From positions 202,582 to 266,581 of the forward strand of contig CAWEXU010000031.1 of NCBI GenBank assembly GCA_963813075.1: a stretch of 64,000 bases of DNA, read 5' to 3'. The translations under genes and the position numbers were made by a program. Within the stretch, counting starts at the first letter, position 1; each line of letters opens with the position of its first letter. The notes below the pieces were generated by a model. It saw nothing but the letters and a program-made list of their open reading frames with translations. It ran no database searches and was not told the DNA's origin. The stretch comes from Methanotrichaceae archaeon (lineage in GTDB: Archaea > Halobacteriota > Methanosarcinia > Methanotrichales > Methanotrichaceae). Below are positions 20,921-31,367 of the stretch, piece by piece.

Positions 20921-21402
20921 AGATGCAGGATAGGATTGAAGAGATAAGGGAGTTCTTCTCCCAGTATGAAGCCAACTTCAATGATGCTCTGAGGGGGGAT
21001 CAGGAGGGAGAGGACAAAGTTGTCGATCCGGGACAGCTGGCGAAGAGAACCGCGAAATTTTTCAGCGACTGCTTCATCGGCGCCAATCCCAGAGGGGTGG
21101 CCTGCGCAAAGAATGACGACGAGTTCATCTCGCAGATTCAGCGAGGATATGATTTTTACCGGAGCCTTGGCACTCTGAGCATGAAAATCTCCGGCCTGAA
21201 GATAGTTTTGCTGGATGATTATCATGCCCAGGCAATTGTTGCCTGGCGTTCGACCTACTCAAAAAAGGACGAAGAGGGAAATGGTGTGGTGATCGATTTT
21301 GAGGTGATATATCTGCTCCAGACCATCGCCAATGGGCCGAAGATCTTTGCCTATATAACAGGAGATGAACAAAGTGCTCTGCGACAGAGAGGTCTGCTGT
21401 AA
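20917..21402 (+). CDS. NTF2/SnoaL-like hypothetical protein
   Basis: IREFFSQYE, VIYLL...GPKIFAYITGDEQ. Confidence 0.65.
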   Translation: MKMQDRIEEIREFFSQYEANFNDALRGDQEGEDKVVDPGQLAKRTAKFFSDCFIGANPRGVACAKNDDEFISQIQRGYDFYRSLGTLSMKISGLKIVLLDDYHAQAIVAWRSTYSKKDEEGNGVVIDFEVIYLLQTIANGPKIFAYITGDEQSALRQRGLL

Positions 21403-21484
21403 ACAGCGATCTGGTCAAATGCCCGTGAATATGTCAAGCGCAGAGATATAATTATATATTTTAAAATATGATAGGGGAACTGAT

Positions 21485-22042
21485 ATGGAGATCGTTGTAG
21501 GAATCAGCGGGGCATCGGGAGTGCAGTATGGAATCCGCCTTCTGGAAGCCTTAAAGGAGAAAGGGTGCGTCACCCATTTGATAATCACCGATTCGGCCCG
21601 AAAGATCATAGAGATAGAGACCAACAAGCGGCCTGAAGAGGTAGAGAGGCTGGCGGACCATGTTTATGCCCCCAAAGACTTCTCCGCCCCGGTGGCCAGC
21701 GGATCGCATCTGTTCGACGCCCTGGTGGTCATCCCCTGCAGCATGGGGACCCTCTCCGGTATTGCCTGCGGCTCCTCGGATACTCTCATCACCCGCTGCG
21801 CTGACGTATGCCTGAAGGAGAAAAGGAGGCTAATTCTGGTCCCCAGGGAGACTCCCCTGAGCCTGATTCAGCTCCGCAATATGGTCAATGCCGGCGAGGC
21901 GGGAGCGGTGATATTGCCTGCCTGCCCTGCCTTCTACTCCAGGCCCCGGAATCTGGCGGATCTGGTGGATGTGCTGGTGGGAAGGGTGCTGGATCTGCTG
22001 GGCTTGGAGAATGATCTTTATAATAGATGGGAAGGGATATGA
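21485..22042 (+). CDS. ubiX: Flavin prenyltransferase UbiX
   Basis: GISGASG, ASGS, PCSMGTL, LVPRETPL. Confidence 0.95.
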   Translation: MEIVVGISGASGVQYGIRLLEALKEKGCVTHLIITDSARKIIEIETNKRPEEVERLADHVYAPKDFSAPVASGSHLFDALVVIPCSMGTLSGIACGSSDTLITRCADVCLKEKRRLILVPRETPLSLIQLRNMVNAGEAGAVILPACPAFYSRPRNLADLVDVLVGRVLDLLGLENDLYNRWEGI

Positions 22043-22092
22043 AGGAAATGCTTATAACCGTGCGAATCAGTGCGAGTAAAAGGTGAAATTAG

Positions 22093-22312
22093 ATGAAGTG
22101 CGCCCTCTGTCTTGTTGACAAGGAGACGGTTCCTGTCAAGCTCAACTTAGCCACCATTCACGGCCCCAAGGATGAGATTGTTCAATATCTGCAAAGAATG
22201 CCTGGACCTGGCCCATCAGGCCTATCTGGATAAGGACTTCCTGATCGTAAAAGGCGGGACAAATGCAGCGCCCCATGGCGCACATGCAGATGCGCACGGC
22301 GCGCATCATTAG
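22093..22312 (+). CDS. Small CxxC...CxxC protein with His-rich tail, FpoO-like half domain; one extra base near 22180
   Basis: RBS aggtga; MKCALC...EIV-NICKECLDLAHQAY...HGAHADAHGAHH*; length 220 = 73 codons + 1. Confidence 0.7.
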
Positions 22313-22321
22313 CTAATTTTT

Positions 22322-23629
22322 TTATAACCCTTTTCTCTCCTGGTCAGAGCTGATATAGCGCATGCTGAGCAGTGCCGCTGCGGCTCCCAGGCCCCCCAGG
22401 CCAAGGCCGATGGCCATAACTCGGGTCTCCAGCTGGGCCAGCATGAGAAAATTGAATAATATCCCCAGGACCGGAAGGACGGCCAGCTTCCCTAGGGATA
22501 TCGGCACCCGGAAGGGGCGAGCGATCTGGGGCTTTTTGTATCGCAGGGAGATCAGCCCGGCATTGATCACAATAAAGGTCACAAAGACGGTGAAGTTGCT
22601 GACATTGGCCACCAATGCGATATCCCCAAGGAAGACAAAAGAGATGGCGATGATCATGGAGAGTATTGTGGCCATCCAGGGGGTATGGGTCCGGGAATGG
22701 ACCGAGGCCAGGATTGAAGGAAGGGATCCGGAACTGGCCATGCCGTAGATGATCCGGGATGAGGCTAAGAGCATGAGCAGAACGGTGTTGGTGGTGGCGA
22801 AGAGAGCCATGACCGATATGGCTGCAGAGGCATTAGGCCCCAGAGCATAACGGGCGATGTCCGAGAAGGGGGCAGAGGAGCGGCTCAGCTCCTCCCAGCC
22901 CAGGACGCTCACCGAGGAGATGGCCACCAGTATATAGAGCACAATGCTCACGGATATTGCCAGCATCAGCCCACGAGGTATATTTATCTCCGGATCATGT
23001 GCCTCCTCGGATAGCTTCACTATCTCCTCAAAGCCGATGAAGGCAAAGAATATCAGGGCGGAGGCCTGCAGTATGCCTGAGCTGCCCAGCGGGCTCAGCT
23101 CCAGCAGGTCCACTCTTCCCAGGTAGGGAATGCCCATCACTATCACCAATACCAGTCCCAGAGCCTCTAATGCCGTCAGGACCACGGCCAGCCGGGTGGA
23201 ATGGGTGATGCCGAAGAATAAGACTAGAGAGAGAGCTGCCAGGAGGGTTATGGCGGAAGGCAGGATGGGTGCGCCGGTTAGTGCCTGGAAGTAGCCGGCA
23301 AATCCCAGAGATACTGTGGCCGCTCCCACCACCCCGCTGAAGATGATCATCCAGCCCACGAGGAAAGCCAAAAACCGTCCAAAGGCCTGTGAGGTGTATT
23401 CGTATTCAGCGGCAGCTTTGGGAAACATGCTGGACAGCTCGGCATAAGATAAGCCGGTCAATAGAGCGATCAATGCCGATAGAGCAAAGGATATCCAGAC
23501 CGCATTGCCCGCCAGGCCCGCTGCCTCGCCGATCAGAGCATAGATTCCCGCCCCCAAAATTATGCCAACCCCGGATACCGTGACCTCAAACAGGCCCAGG
23601 GTGCGCTTCAAGCCAATCTTCTTTGCCAC
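22322..23629 (-). CDS. APC family amino acid permease
   Basis: GIILGAGIY, YAELSSMFP, FFAFIGFE. Confidence 0.9.
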   Translation of the reverse strand: MAKKIGLKRTLGLFEVTVSGVGIILGAGIYALIGEAAGLAGNAVWISFALSALIALLTGLSYAELSSMFPKAAAEYEYTSQAFGRFLAFLVGWMIIFSGVVGAATVSLGFAGYFQALTGAPILPSAITLLAALSLVLFFGITHSTRLAVVLTALEALGLVLVIVMGIPYLGRVDLLELSPLGSSGILQASALIFFAFIGFEEIVKLSEEAHDPEINIPRGLMLAISVSIVLYILVAISSVSVLGWEELSRSSAPFSDIARYALGPNASAAISVMALFATTNTVLLMLLASSRIIYGMASSGSLPSILASVHSRTHTPWMATILSMIIAISFVFLGDIALVANVSNFTVFVTFIVINAGLISLRYKKPQIARPFRVPISLGKLAVLPVLGILFNFLMLAQLETRVMAIGLGLGGLGAAAALLSMRYISSDQERKGL

Positions 23630-23713
23630 AGACTCAAGTTGTAAAATAGTCTATTTATGGCTTTTTGGCGACCGCCAAAGGCTATAAACTGGAAAAAAGA
23701 AGAATCTACAGAG

Positions 23714-24745
23714 ATGAGCATGAAACCTAGCGCCTCAACTTTGAATAAGAGAATGAAAGAGGATTTATTGAGGCGATTTGATCATGCCGACAGGCACAGC
23801 CGCGGAGCCCTGCGACTCCTGGCCGCCACATTCAAACGGATGTCTGAGACGGAAAGCTGGGATGCAGCAGCAGCTATCGCCTACTATTCTCTTTTCTCCC
23901 TCTTTCCAATCCTTATATTGCTGGTGATTTTAGGGAGCGTATTTCTGGAGACCGAAGAGAACTACAGTCAGCTTATAGATTTTATAGGTGAAATCCTCCC
24001 CCCGGCAGAGAGCCTGGCAAGAGAGAACATTCAGGTGATCCAGGAGCTGGGTGACAGGCTGAATATGCACCTGCCGCTCAATGAACTCTTGCGCGAGAAC
24101 TTGAAGCAGATCATCCATCTGAGGCTGCCGGTGGGGCTGGCGGCAGCAGCAGGGCTTATATGGTCGGCGACAGGCGTCTTTGTGATTCTGTCCAAGAACA
24201 TTGATCGCGCATGGAGCAACTCAGAAGGGCGAAACCCCCTGGAATGGCGGCTGGTGGGAATTGCCATGGTCGGGAGCCTGCTGATCGGCCTGGTCATCCT
24301 TTCCATGGTGGCGGTATCCCTGTTCGGGCTGCTGGACTATGGCCTGGGGCTGTTGCTGGGCGAAGGCAGTGCTTATCATACCCCATTGGAGTCAAAGCTC
24401 CTTTACAGACTGTTTCCCGATGTGGTGATCTTCATCACTTTTACCATTCTTTACTGGTGGTCCCCTAATGTTAAAGTCAGATGGTCTGACGCTGCTCTTG
24501 GGGCATCGGTGGCTGCTTTATGCTGGGAGCTCTCCAAGATGGGCTTCGCCTGGTATCTGGAAAGCGGCCTATCCAATCATATGCTGGTCTACGGCTCTTT
24601 GGGCACTATAGTCATTTTGATGCTATGGATCTATCTGAGCGGGCTGATCTGCCTCTTTGGAGCGAACCTCGTCGCCCAGATGGTGGGACGGAGGCAGACG
24701 GCCGCCCGTCGGGGGCAGACGACAGCAGCACTGAAAGATAGCTAA
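23714..24745 (+). CDS. YihY/BrkB family membrane protein
   Basis: AAAIAYYSLFSLFP, VYGSLG..V.LMLWIY. Confidence 0.9.
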   Translation: MSMKPSASTLNKRMKEDLLRRFDHADRHSRGALRLLAATFKRMSETESWDAAAAIAYYSLFSLFPILILLVILGSVFLETEENYSQLIDFIGEILPPAESLARENIQVIQELGDRLNMHLPLNELLRENLKQIIHLRLPVGLAAAAGLIWSATGVFVILSKNIDRAWSNSEGRNPLEWRLVGIAMVGSLLIGLVILSMVAVSLFGLLDYGLGLLLGEGSAYHTPLESKLLYRLFPDVVIFITFTILYWWSPNVKVRWSDAALGASVAALCWELSKMGFAWYLESGLSNHMLVYGSLGTIVILMLWIYLSGLICLFGANLVAQMVGRRQTAARRGQTTAALKDS

Positions 24746-24839
24746 TTCTAGAGTTAAGGCTGCAAGAGCCTAAAGATGCCCGGTCAATAATGCCCGGTCA
24801 ATAAATTATATATTTTAGAAAAACCATAGGATTGCTTAC

Positions 24840-26066
24840 ATGTCGGGGTCAAAGAGATTCAACTTATTGGCATCCGCTGTACTTCTCATCGTCTTTGCCG
24901 CCACAGTGTATGTCACAAAAGCATTCATTGCTCCTCTTCTTCTGAGCTTTTTCATCGCCTTTGTCCTGTTTCCCGTATACTCCCGCATTCACTGCTTCAC
25001 CGGGAGGAAGAATTTATCAGCCTTCCTCTCTTTGCTCCTGGTCGTCCTGTTTTTCATGGTCTTTCTTTTAAGTGCCTTCAATGCCATTGCCACAGAGGCA
25101 TCAGGCCTGTTTTCCTCTCAGGAGGATATCGTTCAGTCCCTTGACGTCTATATCACCCAGAAGACCGAGGAGTCCATTGACACATTGCATGTCGTCTTGA
25201 ATAAATTCGTCTCTGAATCAACCGCAAATGAGACGATAGAACGATTGAGGGATTTGGTGAGGCCTTTCATCGAAGCCCCCAGGGACAGGATCGTCTCCAA
25301 TGTCCTCCCTCAGATTGCATCTGCAGCAACCTATGTAGCCGCCAGCTTCTTCACCGAGCTGCCTGTGCTCATGTCCCAGTTCTTTGTGGCCATAATGATC
25401 ACCTATTATCTCCTTATCGGAGGGTCCAGTGCGGTAAAGGAATTCTTGCTCGTCCTTCCGGAGAGGGATATAATGAACTATTTTGTGGGCGAGCTGAATC
25501 GAATTTATAATAATCTTTTTAATGTTTACCTTCTGACCTCCCTGATAACCGGAGCGTTCGCTGCAATTGGATTTGCCCTGTTTGGGGTCTCATATCCATT
25601 CCTGTGGGGCCTGGCGACGGCCATATTTGCCCTCCTGCCCATGATCGGACCGCCGATCGTCTTTGTGCCCATATGCATCTATTTCCTCATGATCGGGAAC
25701 TACTTAGCGGGCATTGGCCTGTTCATCTATAGCCTGATCTTCATCAACACCATTCCGGAAAACGTAATCCGTCCGAAGCTGGCCAGCCAGGGGGCAAAGA
25801 TCCATCCCTCCATCACCCTCCTCGCTTTCGCCGCGCCCATCTTCGTGGTGGGATTTCTTGGATTCATAATAGGGCCGCTTCTTTACGGATTTCTTCTGGC
25901 GGCATTCAGGACCAGAGTCTATATGCTAAAGGAGGAGGGGGCAATAGACGAAAAGGAGCTTGCAGAGCTCTCAGAGGGAGCAAATCTGCCCCCTGGACCC
26001 AGATTTTGCGATCTGGGCTCGAAGGCCAGATCGGCTATGCTGTGGCTGAAGCGCCACCATCCTTGA
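24840..26066 (+). CDS. AI-2E family transporter
   Basis: LPMIGP, ENVIRPKL, IHP, GFIIGP. Confidence 0.9.
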   Translation: MSGSKRFNLLASAVLLIVFAATVYVTKAFIAPLLLSFFIAFVLFPVYSRIHCFTGRKNLSAFLSLLLVVLFFMVFLLSAFNAIATEASGLFSSQEDIVQSLDVYITQKTEESIDTLHVVLNKFVSESTANETIERLRDLVRPFIEAPRDRIVSNVLPQIASAATYVAASFFTELPVLMSQFFVAIMITYYLLIGGSSAVKEFLLVLPERDIMNYFVGELNRIYNNLFNVYLLTSLITGAFAAIGFALFGVSYPFLWGLATAIFALLPMIGPPIVFVPICIYFLMIGNYLAGIGLFIYSLIFINTIPENVIRPKLASQGAKIHPSITLLAFAAPIFVVGFLGFIIGPLLYGFLLAAFRTRVYMLKEEGAIDEKELAELSEGANLPPGPRFCDLGSKARSAMLWLKRHHP

Positions 26067-26075
26067 GGCAACTGA

Positions 26076-27145
26076 ATGGAGAATGATCGTCATATCTGCG
26101 GAGCCATAGAAATTGGCTCTTCGCCGTAACAATACTTCTTGTATTCCTCTCCTCATACTTTCTCTGGCCGCTCTTAGACGGCATTGTCCTGGGGATAGTC
26201 TTCACCTATCTGGGCCGCCCGGTGAGAGATCTGTTCGGAAAGAATAGACAGATAGGCTCTCTGGCAGCGATCGTCTGCATCATCGTCCCATTATGCATTA
26301 TATTCGCTGCCGGTGTCCTGGAGGCGGCAAACCAGCTTGCATGGCTAGAGAGCCATCGGGCAGCAATCTTGGCCACCGGCCAGGAGTTCATATCCAGCAT
26401 TTATATTCCTCAATTCATCTTCGATGAGCTATCCCGAGGCGTGGACAATCTGATGGGAATAGGACTCTCTATGCTCACCAGCCTGCCGGTATTCGATCTG
26501 GGATCGACGCTGACCATGGGATTTCTGAACCTATTGATCGCTTTTTGTGTATGCTACTACCTGCTGGTGGATGGCGATAAACTCCTTGGGGCAGCGACTG
26601 ACTTCATGAGGCAGAAGAAGGGGGATTTTGAGATTCGTTGCCTGGGCAGAATTGATGGCATCTTAAGCGGCATCTACACGGGCAGCATCACCACCGCCAT
26701 GGTCTATGGGATCGCCTCCATTCCCATATTCTATCTCTTCGAAATTCCCAGGCCCCTGGCCATGGCCAGCATAATCCTCCTGGCAGGGGTGGTCCCATTT
26801 TTAACCTGGCTCATCTTCCTCTTGACTGCCATATCCCGATATATTGAGATGGGACCGATGGAGGCGATCGTCTTCTTCATCGCCGCCTCCATCCTGGTGT
26901 TAGCAGTGGAGCTATTTGTGCGGCCCTATATCGTCTACGCCAGGTCGTCAATCCATCCCATGCTGGTCTTGCTAGCATTTTTGGGCGGAGGGCTTGTGGG
27001 CGGAGTCTTCGGATTCTTCCTCGCACCCACCATGCTGGGAGCGATCTCGGGAATCTATCAGATGCTTAAAGCAGAGCTTTTCGGGATGAAGAAAAAGCAG
27101 CAGGTACAGAAAACGGATGCTATAGTAGCCATTCAATCTAATTAA
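26076..27145 (+). CDS. AI-2E family transporter, second copy; N-terminal frameshift
   Basis: RPYIV...IHPMLVLLAFLGG. Confidence 0.8.
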
Positions 27146-27492
27146 TAAATTTTTAAATGCTTCATGCTAATATTATTATTTTTAATAATTTTACTCTCGT
27201 TATATATACCTCTATACATTTCTGCCTCGTTAATGGACGAATACCGAAAACTATATATTCGTTAATCGCAGTATAGTGTATTGGCAAAAGTCAAATTCTA
27301 TTTTTCCCTCCTACATCACGACTTTTGCCTCCCTCCTAATTACCCCGGTCACTATCCCGAAGATTACCACATTGGCTCCCAAAAGTCCTCCCCGGTCATC
27401 CGGCAAGCCGCAATCATCATCCATCATTTTTTGGTCACATGAACGCCAGGACAGCAATCCGTATATACCTTGCCGTTTTCAACTTAGTCTGA

Positions 27493-28509
27493 ATGTTGAG
27501 CGACCTGCGACTCTCCATTGTGGCAGAGCTGATAAAAGATCACGTCGCCCTGGACGGGATCGATAGATATTGCCAGGAGACGGGAGTGCAATGCTTTGAT
27601 TTTATCCCCATCGAGCCGGAGAACTTCCGGGGGATGATACTGGCCATAGACGGGTCGAACGTCTCCGTCTGCGGCTGGTCTGTGGCCAGCATCAATCTGA
27701 TCCGTTCCGGCTATGTGGTCTATCAGGGAAGAGAGTGGAAAAGGACGGTCATCACCTTTAATGATATCTTCTTTGCCGATCCGGCAATTTCCGCCGACCA
27801 GTTCGAGCCCTACCTGAAGCGGCTGGGCCAAAAGGAGATCCGCCTCACAGAAGAAGATCTGGAAAGGCTCTCCACCTACTTCCGGGAGCTTCAGGAGTAC
27901 GTATCCCTCGACGACGCCATAGCCGAGGCGAATCCCGGCGACATAATCCTCTATGACGGCAGCTTCGACGTCTTCGAGCCCCTGCGAGCAGCTCTTTCCA
28001 GTGTCATCCAGCGCGCGGAGGAGAAAGGGGTCGCCCTCCTGGCAGTGGCCAAGTCCAGTTCACTCTATTGGGGCGAGGGCATATCGCTTCCTTTTATGCA
28101 CCACACAAACCAGGCAGGAAGCATGATCCTGCCCAACTCTCCCTGGTACCTGAACCTGAAGGACAAGAAAGTGAATCAGGGACCGGGCAAATGGGGTGGA
28201 GAGAGCTACATCGTCCGGTTCACCGGTCGGAGCGATCATGCCTTCCGGGTGGATGTCCCCGCATACCTGGCCGGCAGGATTGAGCCGATACTGGCAGGGA
28301 TATCATCCTGTTCGACCTCCGCAGAGTGCCCGGGCTACCCTCATGCCCTCTTCCGGGCCCACCGGGACATAAAAATCACAGAGAATGAGGGAAGATCTTT
28401 TAAGATGAAGCTGATGGAGAAGCTCTGCCTGGAGGGCATGAGCCCAAAGCAGGTGAAAATGCTCATGCAGGACTATCATGATATCCTGGAGATGCGGCAG
28501 GGAATCTAG
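27493..28509 (+). CDS. nurA: NurA 5'-3' nuclease
   Basis: LAIDGS, ILYDGS, AVAKSS, GYPHALFRAH. Confidence 0.9.
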   Translation: MLSDLRLSIVAELIKDHVALDGIDRYCQETGVQCFDFIPIEPENFRGMILAIDGSNVSVCGWSVASINLIRSGYVVYQGREWKRTVITFNDIFFADPAISADQFEPYLKRLGQKEIRLTEEDLERLSTYFRELQEYVSLDDAIAEANPGDIILYDGSFDVFEPLRAALSSVIQRAEEKGVALLAVAKSSSLYWGEGISLPFMHHTNQAGSMILPNSPWYLNLKDKKVNQGPGKWGGESYIVRFTGRSDHAFRVDVPAYLAGRIEPILAGISSCSTSAECPGYPHALFRAHRDIKITENEGRSFKMKLMEKLCLEGMSPKQVKMLMQDYHDILEMRQGI

Positions 28510-28565
28510 GGAGCGTCGTATTGCTGGAATAGAGTAGAAAATAAAAAGTATGAAAAAGGAGAAAG

Positions 28566-30167
28566 ATGGTGACGCCGAAGCTAGATATCGATAATATCCG
28601 AGGGGAGGCAGAGAAGCGAGATTCAGATCGATTGGTTATAGAGGACGAGAGTACCACCTACCGCATTCTCTCCAAGAGCGTCAGAGAGTATCATTTCATC
28701 GTCCCCTACGACTCAAACCTGGATCGGGTGGAGGTAGGTCAGATATTCTCCATCAAAGATCACGACCTCACCTTCCTGGCACGGGTTCTGAACATCGAGC
28801 ACAGCTCCAACTATGACGGCCACTGGGACACCACCATGAGGGGCACCCAGTTCTATGACGACGACCAGATATTCAACCGGGTGATCGCTGAACCCCTGGG
28901 CTGTGTATCCTCAGAGGGGGCATTCAGAAAGGCCAGAACCCTGCCCACCAAGTTCTCGCCGGTAGAAAGGGCCGAGAAAGAGGAGTTCGGCTTTCTCAAG
29001 GCGGTGATGGGAGACATAGAGGTAGGATACCTGAGAAACGGCTCGGTGCTGGTCGAAGATATACCAGTCTCTTTGCACAGCCTGGCCATGGACCATCATA
29101 TGGGGGTGTTCGCCACCACCGGCATGGGCAAATCCAATTTTATGAAGGTCTTTGCCGCCTCATGCATGCGGCTGGCTGCTCGGGGCGAGTCGAAGTTCGG
29201 CCTGTTGATCGTTGATCCTCATGGAGAGTATCTGAAGGGAAAGGACCTGAACAAGGGACTGGTCCACCTCAAAAGATACCGAGAGGGCCTGGCCTGCTAC
29301 TCCACAGATCAGAAGAAATGCCTCTGATCCGGATGTAGAGGAGCTGGCGATAGCCGAGAGCGACATCCGTCCAGAGGATATAGCACTGCTGTACGATTGG
29401 TCGCCGCCCCAGAGGGATGCCCTGGATGCCATATCCCGAATACTGGACTCGGGCAACTGGCTGGAGGAGATTCAGCGTCCAGAGGGCCTGGCCAGGATGG
29501 TGCAGGAAGGCTTCAAGGATACCACCATCATGGTTCTCGATCCGCAGGATCAAAAATGAGCTGGAGAGAAATAAATACATCAAGAAGAGGTCGAGCCTGG
29601 ACAATATCCTCGCCCGGCTGCAAAAGGGCGAAGTCGTCCTGGTGGACATACCAAGGATGAGCGATCGCTCAGAGCTCTTCTTGCTCTCGGTTCTCTCCCG
29701 ACATATCCTGGAGGAGTATAAGAAAGACCCGGCAGGGGAGAGAAAGAACTGCCTGATCACCATCGAGGAGGCGCAAAGGGTTCTTGGGCGCAGGAAGCAA
29801 TATCTCCCGCTTCGAGAGCATTGCCAGAGAGGGCAGGAAGTTCGGGGTGGGTCTATGCGCCATCACCCAGCAGCCAAAGCTGATAGACAGGCAGCTTCTC
29901 TCTCAGTTCAATACCCTGGTGGTGATGGGCCTGGGAGACAGAAACGATCGCCAGCAATTGGAGGAGTCGGCCAAGCAGGACCTATCCTCCATGGACATAG
30001 AGATCCAGACCCTGGAGAAGGGCGAGGCGGTGGTCTCCACATTGAGCATCCCCTTCCCCGTCCCCGCCAGGATCCACCGCTTTGAGGATTACCTGCGCCG
30101 CTTGAACCAGGAGGAGAAAGAGGAAGGCCTCATAAAGAGAGGAGGCTTTAAGCCCTTCCTGGAATAA
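28566..30167 (+). CDS. herA: HerA helicase/translocase; about three frameshifts
   Basis: HMGVFATTGMGKS, VDPHGEY, IEEAQR, REGRKFGVGL..ITQQP. Confidence 0.9.
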
Positions 30168-30222
30168 TGAGGAGCGGATGAGGGAGCAATTAAGATGTGT
30201 TAGATAACGAGGAGCAAGACCG

Positions 30223-31367
30223 ATGAAGATAATCCACCTCGCCGATTCTCATCTGGGATTCTCCAGCTACAGCCGCATGGACGAGCACGGCCAGAACAGG
30301 ATAGAGGAGATGGTCTACTCCGGATTTGAAAAGGCAATCGAACTGATCATCAAGGCTCATCCCGATGCCGTGGTCCATGCAGGAGATGTCTTCCATCACG
30401 TCCGGCCCAAGATCAAGCCCTTGTTCATCTTCCAGAGGGGCCTGCAGCGACTGGTGGAGGCAGCGATTCCGGTGATCATAATCAGCGGCAACCACGATGC
30501 TCCCAAGAGCTTCAACCAGACCAGCCCCTTCCGTCTATTCGAGGGCATCAGGGATGTGCATATCGCCCAGCGCTACCGGTATGAGCGCTTCGAGGTGGGC
30601 GACCACTCTTTCCATTGCATTCCCTTCTGCCTTGAGCCCCAGGACTATCTGACCGAATTTGGGGAAATCAGGCGCTCGGGCAGGGACGTCCTGGTAATGC
30701 ACGGCATGGTCGAGTCTCTGAAAAACCAGAAGATGAGAAGCGTAGGCGAGCACGAGCTGAATGACAGCCTGCTGAAAAGCGACTTCGACTATATCGCTCT
30801 GGGCCACTACCACGGCCAGGCCCAGATTGCCGCCAACGCCTACTACAGCGGCTCGGTGGAGTATTTCAACTTCGGAGAGGCCAGGGATGTGAAGGGCATG
30901 CTCTCGGTCGACCTGGAGACCAGGGAAAGCATCCCCAGTAACCGTAAAGCCCAATTACATGATAGACCACCCGCCGATAGACTGCAGACGGCATGCGATC
31001 CGATGAGATAGCAGAGGTCATCATGGAGCTGTGCCATGAGGAGGAGATTCTAGACCGGATGGTTCGCATTAATCTGAAAAACGTCAACCGGGTGGCCTAC
31101 CGGAGCATAGATCAGGGGAGGCTCAATCGGCTGGGAGCATCGGCCATATACTTCAAGATCCGGCCGGATTTTTCCGATGAAGAGGACCGAATCGAGCGGC
31201 CGGTGGACCGGAGGATGCTCCACTTGGAGTTTGCCGGGTTCATGGAGGAGAGGCGTTCGGCAAATCTGATACCGGAAGCGATCAAGGACGAGGTCGTAAG
31301 CTACGGGACAGAGATCATGAAAAAGGCGGTACTGGCCAGGCAAAAAGAGACTACAGATGCATCTTAA
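30223..31367 (+). CDS. mre11: Mre11 nuclease; frameshifted
   Basis: HLADSHLG, AGDVFH, SGNHD, LGHYH. Confidence 0.92.
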
